A stretch of 50,621 nucleotides of DNA from a bacterium (GTDB lineage Bacteria > DRYD01). The notes beneath the pieces were generated by a model that was given only the letters and a program-made list of their open reading frames with translations, was not told the DNA's origin and made no database searches. Shown piece by piece: positions 1-7,062 of this stretch (its first letter is position 1; every line of letters starts with the position of its first letter). Location: assembly GCA_026418475.1 (NCBI GenBank), contig JAOABG010000003.1, positions 1 to 50,621 of the forward strand, in the 5' to 3' direction. The position numbers were made by a program, and so were the translations under genes.

Positions 1-19
1 AGATGTGTATAAGAGACAG
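1..19. other. Nextera/Tn5 mosaic-end adapter remnant (AGATGTGTATAAGAGACAG), not genomic
   Basis: Exact 19-nt match to the Tn5 mosaic-end / Nextera read primer sequence at the very start of the contig. Confidence 0.9.
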
Positions 20-483
20 CTATAGGATTGTTCTAAAATTTCTTTAGCCTTTATCTGAGCCTCTTCTATGGCCTTTTTAATGATCATTTCTGCTTGTTTT
101 TGAGCTTCTGTTAAAACTGCTCCCTTCATGTTTTCTATTTCCTGAATTCTTAAGTTCTGTTCATTTATCTTTTGCTCAAGTTCCTCATTTAACTTCCTAT
201 ATTTATTTTTCTCCTCCTCAAGTTCAAATTCTATAGAAGATTTACCAACTATACTAACATCCTTAATCTCTTCAATAATTTCATTAACTGGTAAGGAAAC
301 ATCCTCTCTTTTTATTATTTTTTTGTTCAATTTTTCTTGATTTAACGAAATAGATACAATCTCCTTACCTAAAAAATCATGCTTAATAATATTACCCAAG
401 ATCTTTGAGGAAGTATAAGAATTATCTTTTTTCTCTTCAGAAAAATCCCTGTTATCAGATAAATTCTTTTTAATAATTCCCAT
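20..483 (-). CDS. Hypothetical coiled-coil protein, N-terminal part only (runs off the contig end)
   Basis: ATG at 483-481 opens a frame with no stop down to the contig start (my own translation: MGIIKKNLSDNRDFSEEKKD...EELEQKINEQNLRIQEIENMKGAVLTEAQKQAEMIIKKAIEEAQIKAKEILEQ). The charged heptad-like repeats resemble FliH, ATPase stalk or RNase Y-type coiled coils. The family is unresolved and the ORF is absent from the supplied track because it is truncated. Confidence 0.45.
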
Positions 484-550
484 AAACCTCTATTTTTTAT
501 TTTATAAAAATATAATATAAACTCCTACCAAACACAATTTATATTTTATT

Positions 551-589
551 TATTTAAAAAATTACTTTAAATTACTACCTTAAAGTAAT
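551..589 (-). terminator. Possible weak intrinsic terminator of alaS
   Basis: Perfect 10-bp inverted repeat ATTACTTTAA (561-570) / TTAAAGTAAT (580-589) with a 9-nt loop, followed on the minus strand by TTTTT. The stem is almost all A/T, so it is weak. It overlaps the alaS stop codon. Confidence 0.3.
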
Positions 590-3107
590 CTCCCAAAGGG
601 ATAAACCTAATTTTGTCTATTTTTACTAAATTCTTAAAATAATCGACAAAATCTTTGTGAAATACGGCTATCTTCTTATCTTTTAACCTGTAAAAAGCGA
701 AATACTTCTGCTTCAATTTTATAATGTCGTGAATAATAAAAATATCCTCTTCTTCTTCAACTTCAAATTCCAAAGGTTTGTTTTCAAAATTAAGTCCATC
801 AACATATTTCCTGTAAAATTTGATTTTCAAATCCCTGTTTTTCTTAGCCAATTCTTTGTTTTCATTCATTAACTTACCAACATAATTTATCAGATTATTT
901 TCCTCTTGTTTAGTAATAGTTTTCAATTGTGAATTCCTTTGTTCCAAAATTCTGGAAAATTCCAAGACTTTTAATGAGGTTATTGCTTCCAACCTCTTAA
1001 CTCCCATCTGTACAGAACCAGAACTAACTATTTTAAATATTCCAATAACAGAGGTATTTTTAACATGAGTTCCACCACAAAGCTCATAAGAAAATCCTCC
1101 AATCCTAACAGTCCTTACCAAATCAGGATATTTTTCTGCAAAAAGAGCAACAGCACCCTCATCCAAAGCAACTCTTAGAGGTTTGTAAGAAACCTCAACA
1201 TCAAATCCCTCCAATATTTTCTCATTTACCAAATCCTCTATATTCTTAACATCTAAATCCGAAAGATTATCAAAATGAGTAAAGTCAAACCTCAATTTAT
1301 CGTGATCAACTAAAGATCCAGCCTGGTAAACATGATGTCCCAAAATTTTTCTCAATGCGGAATGCAAAAGATGCGTAGCCGTATGATTTATAGCAGTCAA
1401 TTTTCTCCTATTTTTATCCACTGATAAATAAACATCATTTCCCAATCTGATAAAACCATTAACAATTCTACCTATGTGAAAAACAAAACCCTCTACATGT
1501 TTTTGGGTATCATCAACAATAAAAGTAAAATTTTCATTGAATATTTTCCCTTTATCACCAACTTGCCCTCCCGATTCAGGATAGAATGGAGTCTCCTGAA
1601 CTATAAGTATAACCTCATCATTACCTTCATAATAATCCAAAGAATTAAGCTTCCCATCTTCTCTTTTCAATATACCAATTACTTTGGATTGGTAATCCAG
1701 ATAATCATAACCCACAAAAGAAGTTGAGTACTTTTCCTTTATTGAAAATATTTTTATATCGACAGTTTTCTGACGTGACCTTTGCTTCTGAACCTCGAGT
1801 TCCTCATAAAACTCATTCAAATCAATAATAAAGTTCTGACTTTTAGATATTTCCAAAGTCAGTTCTATTGGAAACCCCAAAGTATCATATAAAAAGAAAG
1901 CATCTTTACCTGTAAGTTTTTTGAGATCAACTTTTGATAAATAATCCATACCTTTGGACAAATTCTTGGAAAATCCATTTTCCTCACTTTCTAACATCCG
2001 TTTTATATACTCTTTTCTGGAAGATATTTCAGGATAAACATCCCGATATATATACTCGACAATATTAGGTACTGTATTTAGATATGACACTTTTATTCCC
2101 AAAAGTCTGGAATAAAGCAGCGCTCTCCTGACAATTTTCCTGAGAACATACCCTCTCCCCTCATTAGAAGGAACAACACCATCTGCAAGTAAAAAAACCG
2201 AACCCCTTACATGATCAGCCACTATTCTTTTATAAATTTCTCTATTTTCCAGATATTTCTCATGATTGTATTTCATCTTTAACTCTTTATAAACTTCATC
2301 TACATCTTTATAGACCAATTCTTCCAATCTTGATATAATTGGTAAAAACAAATCTGTTTGATATTGATTTGGTTTTTCTTGGAGAATTTTGGTAAGTCTT
2401 TCTAATCCCATTCCCGTGTCTATGCTTTTTTGTGGAAGAGGAGAAAAACTTCCATCAGCTTCCTTGAAATACTGAGTAAAAACTATATTCCATATTTCTA
2501 TGAATCTTTCATTTTTTTCACATTCCTTACATTCATAACCAGGTTTACATGAAGGATTTGGACAGTTAAAATTTTCATAGAATATTTCACTTGATGGTCC
2601 ACAGGGGCCAGTTGGTCCCGCAGGCCCCCAAAAATTGTCTTCCAACCTAACTATTTTCTCTCTTTTTACTCCTAGACTCAGCCAAACTTCTTCCGCTTCA
2701 TCATCATTGGGATGACAACTGAAGTATAACTTTGAATGATCTATTTTGTAGACTTCTGTAAGAAGTTCATAGGCCCACTCAATAGATTCCCTTTTAAAAT
2801 AGTCTCCAAAAGAGAAATTTCCAAGCATCTCAAAAAAAGTATGATGTCTCAAAGTCAAACCAACATTATCTATATCATCCATTCTGAAACATTTTTGGCA
2901 AGTACTAACTCTTTTGTACTTTGGTTCAATTTTACCGGCAAATTCTGCTTTGAATGGAACCATACCAGCAGCGACAAATAAAAGAGAAGGGTCATTTTCT
3001 GGAATCAAACTGAAACTGTTAAGTACAACATGTCCCTTTTTCTCAAAGAAATTTAAGAAAGTGGTTCTTATTTGATTGTGGCTTAAAACTTGCTTCTGGT
3101 TCAACAT
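567..3107 (-). CDS. alaS: Alanine--tRNA ligase
   Basis: 851-aa ORF with AlaRS N-terminal signature (IRTTFLNFFEKKGH, AAGMVPFK), editing-domain motifs HTATHLLH and CGGTHV, and a C-terminal DHHA1-like tail. I moved the start from GTG 3122 to ATG 3107 because GGAGG lies 8 nt upstream of it. Confidence 0.95.
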   Translation of the reverse strand: MLNQKQVLSHNQIRTTFLNFFEKKGHVVLNSFSLIPENDPSLLFVAAGMVPFKAEFAGKIEPKYKRVSTCQKCFRMDDIDNVGLTLRHHTFFEMLGNFSFGDYFKRESIEWAYELLTEVYKIDHSKLYFSCHPNDDEAEEVWLSLGVKREKIVRLEDNFWGPAGPTGPCGPSSEIFYENFNCPNPSCKPGYECKECEKNERFIEIWNIVFTQYFKEADGSFSPLPQKSIDTGMGLERLTKILQEKPNQYQTDLFLPIISRLEELVYKDVDEVYKELKMKYNHEKYLENREIYKRIVADHVRGSVFLLADGVVPSNEGRGYVLRKIVRRALLYSRLLGIKVSYLNTVPNIVEYIYRDVYPEISSRKEYIKRMLESEENGFSKNLSKGMDYLSKVDLKKLTGKDAFFLYDTLGFPIELTLEISKSQNFIIDLNEFYEELEVQKQRSRQKTVDIKIFSIKEKYSTSFVGYDYLDYQSKVIGILKREDGKLNSLDYYEGNDEVILIVQETPFYPESGGQVGDKGKIFNENFTFIVDDTQKHVEGFVFHIGRIVNGFIRLGNDVYLSVDKNRRKLTAINHTATHLLHSALRKILGHHVYQAGSLVDHDKLRFDFTHFDNLSDLDVKNIEDLVNEKILEGFDVEVSYKPLRVALDEGAVALFAEKYPDLVRTVRIGGFSYELCGGTHVKNTSVIGIFKIVSSGSVQMGVKRLEAITSLKVLEFSRILEQRNSQLKTITKQEENNLINYVGKLMNENKELAKKNRDLKIKFYRKYVDGLNFENKPLEFEVEEEEDIFIIHDIIKLKQKYFAFYRLKDKKIAVFHKDFVDYFKNLVKIDKIRFIPLGDYFKVVI

Positions 3108-3280
3108 TTTGAAAACCTCCACTTGTTTTTAGCTTTCCATTTTAAGGAATTCTTGAGTGTAAAGTTTTTTACCTCTATAGAAAATTGATATAGATATTAA
3201 AACATAAATTTAAAAAATCTGTTCGTAGTTGTAATATACTACTATAATATATATTTATATAAAAGATAGTAGTAGTATAA

Positions 3281-3606
3281 TTATCCACATTTGTGGAAAA
3301 CTTTCATAATTTAAGTATTTGCAGGCTTTTACGATTTTGGGGGTATGTGGAAAAAGTGTGGAAAAAATGGGAAATGGGGTGGAAAAAAAAAGTTCTTTAA
3401 AAAAGTTTTCCACATGTTTTCCACATATTTGGGATATTTTTCCACATTTTAGGAAAAGTTTTCCACAAAAATACGATATTTTTTCCACATGTGGAAAAAA
3501 ATGTTAAAAATGTGGAAAAATGGGGGAAACGATGTGGAAAAATTTTTGGGGTATGTGGAAAACTATGTGGAAAAAATGTGGAAAAAGTCGAAAAAACGGT
3601 GGAAAA
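3281..3606. promoter_or_regulatory. Cluster of DnaA-box-type 9-mers: candidate oriC DnaA-assembly region or DnaA-titration locus
   Basis: TGTGGAAAA starts at 3292, 3346, 3357, 3490, 3511, 3533, 3554, 3566 and 3577. Its reverse complement TTTTCCACA starts at 3406, 3417, 3438, 3459 and 3481. A canonical TTATCCACA starts at 3281, and GGTGGAAAA variants start at 3378 and 3598. Spacings are about 11 or 21-22 bp. Confidence 0.7.
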
Positions 3607-4302
3607 ATGCCGATTTTAAATTATTACAAAAATGTAAATTAAATTAAAAATTTTTTAACAATTATTACAGAGTTATTACAAATATTACAGAAAAGTAAAA
3701 AATATTAAAAAATTTTTTGAATCCAAAAAACTAGTATTACCAACATAAAAAACATACAAATTTTGTAAAATATTTGTTAACTAAATGAAATTTTTGTTAA
3801 AAATAAAAAATTTAACAATTTTTGTTAAAAAAATATTATAAAATTATTAAAATTATTACAAAATTATTACAAATATTACAAAAAAATGAACATATAAAAT
3901 TTTTTACAAATTTAACATATTTTTTACAAATTTTACTTTGTTTTTACAAATTTAACATGAAAATTTTGTTAAAAATATGTTAAGTTATTGTTAAAAATGT
4001 TAAAAAAAATGATACAATTGTTACAAAATTATGTTGAATGTTAAAATTTTAGTGTAGCTTTTATTCTTACTCTACCAATAAATAAAAGATACAAAATTGT
4101 TAAATTTTTATGAAAAAAGTGTTACAATTGTTAAAATTTGTGCTACTTTGTTAAAAAATTATGACAAATATTACAAAAATATTGAAAAATTATTACAAAT
4201 CTTACAAAATTATTAACGAAATATTAATAAAATGTTAAAAAATTATTAAAATTTTGTTAAAAGTTGTAAGAAAATTACAATTTAAAAAATGACTAAATTT
4301 TA
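3607..4302. repeat. Extremely AT-rich field of phased short motifs (TTACAA/TTGTAA and TGTTAA/TTAACA families): candidate DNA-unwinding or accessory-protein binding region
   Basis: About 700 bp with no credible ORF. Nearly every C sits in a TTACA context and nearly every G in a TGTTA context. Palindromes ACAATTGT occur at 4014-4021 and 4124-4131, and the inverted repeat TTTAACAA-TTT-TTGTTAAA lies at 3811-3829. ATTATTACAAA-type units repeat about every 11 bp at 3852-3885. Confidence 0.55.
3901..3960 (+). repeat. Three tandem 20-bp repeats (TTTTTACAAATTTAACATAT / TTTTTACAAATTTTACTTTG / TTTTTACAAATTTAACATGA)
   Basis: Direct reading of 3901-3920, 3921-3940 and 3941-3960. Units 1 and 3 are identical over 18 nt. 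Confidence 0.8.
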
Positions 4303-5124
4303 CTAAATTTTTATATTTTCTATTTGCCTCTTGAATATGAAAAGGCTTAAAAATATCGCAATAAACGAAAGTATAAATGAAGCAGCTATAGCCGTGGGAA
4401 GATCAAAACTATGAAAAGCACGAGAATAAATATACATCATCAGGGTATACGTTGAAGTTCCTGGCCCCCCTTCAGTAACAATAAAAATCTCAGCAAAAAC
4501 TTTTAATGCCGCTAACATGGATAAAAAAGAAGCAAAATAGAAAGTACCTTTCAATAATGGTAAATAAATATACCACATTCTCTGAAAAAAACTCATCCCA
4601 TCCATAACAGAATTCTCTATTATCTCCTTTGATATTGAATACAAAGAAGATAAATAAATAACCACATAGTATCCTAAACCTTTCCAAAAAGTCAACATAA
4701 ACGCCACTAACATTGAATAATAGTAATTCGATAAAAATGGAATTTTCAATCCAAATATTTTTAATAAAAAGTCATTTACTGTTCCTTCATCATTGAACAT
4801 TATTTTGAATACAAAGCCAATACTTGCTATAGGAACAACTACAGGTAAATACAAGATAATCCTAAAGAATGATGCCCACCTATTTGATAAACTGTAAATA
4901 GTAAATGCTAAAAAAAAAGAGAACAATTGAAGTGGTATGACTATTAAACAGTATACAAATGAATTTTTCAATGAAATCCAAAATAATGGATCATTGAATA
5001 CAAATGAAAAACTTTCAGCTATCCCCACATTTTTGTAAACATATACAATACCCGAAATTATAGATAATACATTAAATACCAACCAAAAAATAATGAATGG
5101 AAAAATTAGATAAAAAAATCTCAT
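4303..5124 (-). CDS. Carbohydrate ABC transporter permease, MalF/UgpA type
   Basis: 273 aa and multi-TM, with an EAA-loop region followed by the TEGGPGTSTYTLMMYIY motif typical of the first permease of CUT1 sugar systems. Confidence 0.85.
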   Translation of the reverse strand: MRFFYLIFPFIIFWLVFNVLSIISGIVYVYKNVGIAESFSFVFNDPLFWISLKNSFVYCLIVIPLQLFSFFLAFTIYSLSNRWASFFRIILYLPVVVPIASIGFVFKIMFNDEGTVNDFLLKIFGLKIPFLSNYYYSMLVAFMLTFWKGLGYYVVIYLSSLYSISKEIIENSVMDGMSFFQRMWYIYLPLLKGTFYFASFLSMLAALKVFAEIFIVTEGGPGTSTYTLMMYIYSRAFHSFDLPTAIAASFILSFIAIFLSLFIFKRQIENIKI

Positions 5125-5519
5125 TCTCTGTTAAAAACTCTCATGTTTTCTCTTAACAATTCTATGTTGTTAATAATACAATTTAGAACTGTTCTTTGAA
5201 TTATTTTAACATCAACTTTCAAAGATTTGGGTAGTTTCAACTTTGTAGTTAAAAATAATAGTAATAATGAAAAATTTATACCATATAAAATTGGATAATT
5301 TATAATTTTTTTTAAATATTTCTTTTTTTCTCGTTTTTTTGTCAAATAGATCTTATAAAGTTCACTATCCAATTCAGAAAGTATTGAAAATATCCTAACT
5401 AAATTATTTAATATTTTGATATGTGCTTCGTATTTTGGGGATCTTGGAGATTTACAGATGTTTAGTAATGTCAATGCTGACTGTCTACAAATTAGGTTTA
5501 TTAATTTCCCACCATACAT
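5121..5519 (-). CDS. Hypothetical protein (Lys-rich, one hydrophobic segment)
   Basis: 132-aa ORF that exactly fills the gap between prfB and the permease, with 1-nt and 4-nt overlaps. I recognise no motif. Confidence 0.4.
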   Translation of the reverse strand: MYGGKLINLICRQSALTLLNICKSPRSPKYEAHIKILNNLVRIFSILSELDSELYKIYLTKKREKKKYLKKIINYPILYGINFSLLLLFLTTKLKLPKSLKVDVKIIQRTVLNCIINNIELLRENMRVFNRE

Positions 5520-6595
5520 TAGTTCTGTGTTTTTTGCATGTTATGGTAAAGTAGGTAATCTAAAATGAGTTTGTCTAAATCTCCATTCAAAACTTCATCA
5601 ACTTTGTAAATTTCAGTATTCGTCCGTAAATCTTTTATTAGTTTGTATGGATGTAATACATAGCTTCTTATTTGGTTTCCCCAAGCGGCCTGCTGTTTGG
5701 TTTTGAAACTGTCTACTTTTTGATTAATCCTATGTTTTTCCAAGTCATAGATTTTGCTTTTGAGTATTTTCATTGCTGTTTCTTTGTTTTGGTGTTGACT
5801 ACGTTCATTTGAACAGGTTACCACTATTCCTGTTGGGATATGTGTTATTCTGACTGCTGATTCATTTTTATTTACGTGTTGTCCTCCTGCTCCACCAGCT
5901 TTGAACGTTTCTATTTTCAAATCTTCTGGCTTGATCTCAACGTTAATGTTCTCATCTATTTTGGGAATAACTTCCACTAAAGCGAATGATGTGTGCCTTT
6001 TATTTTGTGCATTAAATGGAGAAGTTCTCACTAATCTGTGAACCCCTTTTTCTGATTTTAGGTATCCATAAGATGATTTGATTATTATTTCGCAGGATTT
6101 GATACCTGCTTCTTGACCATGTGTTATATCAGTTATGAAGTAGTTTAATTCATTTTTCTCTGCCCATTGTATATACATTCTCATTAGCATTTGAGCCCAA
6201 TCTTGTGCGTCTGTTCCTCCAGCACCTGAGGTTATTGTTAATATTGCATCATAATCATCATATTCTTCACTTAGAAGCAAGTCTATCGATAATTTTTCAA
6301 AATCTTGGATTATCTGTTTATATATGTTTTTTATATCCTCTAAGTCTTGGCTTTCATTACCGTAAGTTTTATATATATCTTCAAACTCATCAACTTCTTT
6401 ATAGAGGTTGTTATATTTTGATAATAATTCTGTTAACTTTTTCTTTTCTTTTATTTTTCTGAAATCTGGATTTAACTCGTTTGATAACTCTTTATCTATT
6501 TTCTCTGCTTTTAATAGTAGGTCGTCTATCAATGGCTTATACTCCATTAATTTATTCTTTATGTTTTTTATTTCTTTCAGATCTATTGTTACCAT
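5519..6595 (-). CDS. prfB: Peptide chain release factor 2
   Basis: SPF stop-codon recognition motif (RTSPFNAQ) and GGQ motif (GAGGQHVNK). It is a full-length single frame of 358 aa with no CTT TGA C frameshift site. Confidence 0.93.
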   Translation of the reverse strand: MVTIDLKEIKNIKNKLMEYKPLIDDLLLKAEKIDKELSNELNPDFRKIKEKKKLTELLSKYNNLYKEVDEFEDIYKTYGNESQDLEDIKNIYKQIIQDFEKLSIDLLLSEEYDDYDAILTITSGAGGTDAQDWAQMLMRMYIQWAEKNELNYFITDITHGQEAGIKSCEIIIKSSYGYLKSEKGVHRLVRTSPFNAQNKRHTSFALVEVIPKIDENINVEIKPEDLKIETFKAGGAGGQHVNKNESAVRITHIPTGIVVTCSNERSQHQNKETAMKILKSKIYDLEKHRINQKVDSFKTKQQAAWGNQIRSYVLHPYKLIKDLRTNTEIYKVDEVLNGDLDKLILDYLLYHNMQKTQN

Positions 6596-7062
6596 ACTCC
6601 CGTGTTTTGGTAAGTGTATATTTTATTGTTTCTTATGTCAATGTTAATTTTATATGATTTGTTGATTTTCTCCTCTTTTTTTAGATTTTTTATTATTGTA
6701 TCGTAACCTTCTATTTGCATTTTTTTCAGATTGATAATCGGATTTTTTTGTATATCTATGATAAATTCATTTGTATATATTTCCAAGGATTTTTCTGGCT
6801 TTACAATTAAGGTATTCAAATCTAAATACCCTTCTTCTATTTGAGTATACCCTTCTTTGAATACTATTTTCATTTCTTTAAATAATATCTGGTTGTTTTT
6901 GTATATACCTTGTTTTATTGAAAAGTATGTTTCTTCATTGATGTAATATTCAAGATTTTTAAATGAAAGTGAGTCTGGTTTGGTATTAATCTTTTTATTA
7001 CAACCCCAAAAACTTATTGTTATTATGAGTAATATTAGGCTAAGATTCAACAATTTCTCCAT
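6589..7062 (-). CDS. Putative small lipoprotein or secreted protein
   Basis: 157 aa with an N-terminal hydrophobic signal ending ...ISFWGC|NKK (lipobox-like Cys). No recognisable domain. Confidence 0.5.
   Translation of the reverse strand: MEKLLNLSLILLIITISFWGCNKKINTKPDSLSFKNLEYYINEETYFSIKQGIYKNNQILFKEMKIVFKEGYTQIEEGYLDLNTLIVKPEKSLEIYTNEFIIDIQKNPIINLKKMQIEGYDTIIKNLKKEEKINKSYKINIDIRNNKIYTYQNTGVW

Noticed and set aside
3123-3280. T-box leader upstream of alaS, and an L-box (lysine) riboswitch upstream of lysC at 44248-44271
   Set aside because: The alaS leader shows no recognisable specifier loop or T-box sequence by eye, and is short once promoter space is allowed for. lysC starts 24 nt after the kinase gene, which leaves no room for a riboswitch.
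3255-3507. Tracked ORFs 3255-3488 (-) and 3319-3507 (+), 77 and 62 aa, across the 9-mer array
   Set aside because: Their peptides are just the repeat read in frame (recurrent CGK / FPH / VEK strings). They overlap each other on opposite strands and have no ribosome-binding site. They are artefacts of the TGTGGAAAA/TTTTCCACA array.
3281-3606. CRISPR array as an explanation for the repeated 9-mers
   Set aside because: The repeat unit is only 9 bp and occurs in both orientations. The gaps are 2-13 nt rather than 25-40-nt unique spacers, and no cas genes are in the window.
5519-6595. Programmed +1 frameshift site in prfB
   Set aside because: I looked for the usual CTT TGA C site with an upstream SD-like element in the first ~40 codons. 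The gene is one uninterrupted 358-codon frame with no such site, as in the minority of bacteria that lack this autoregulation.
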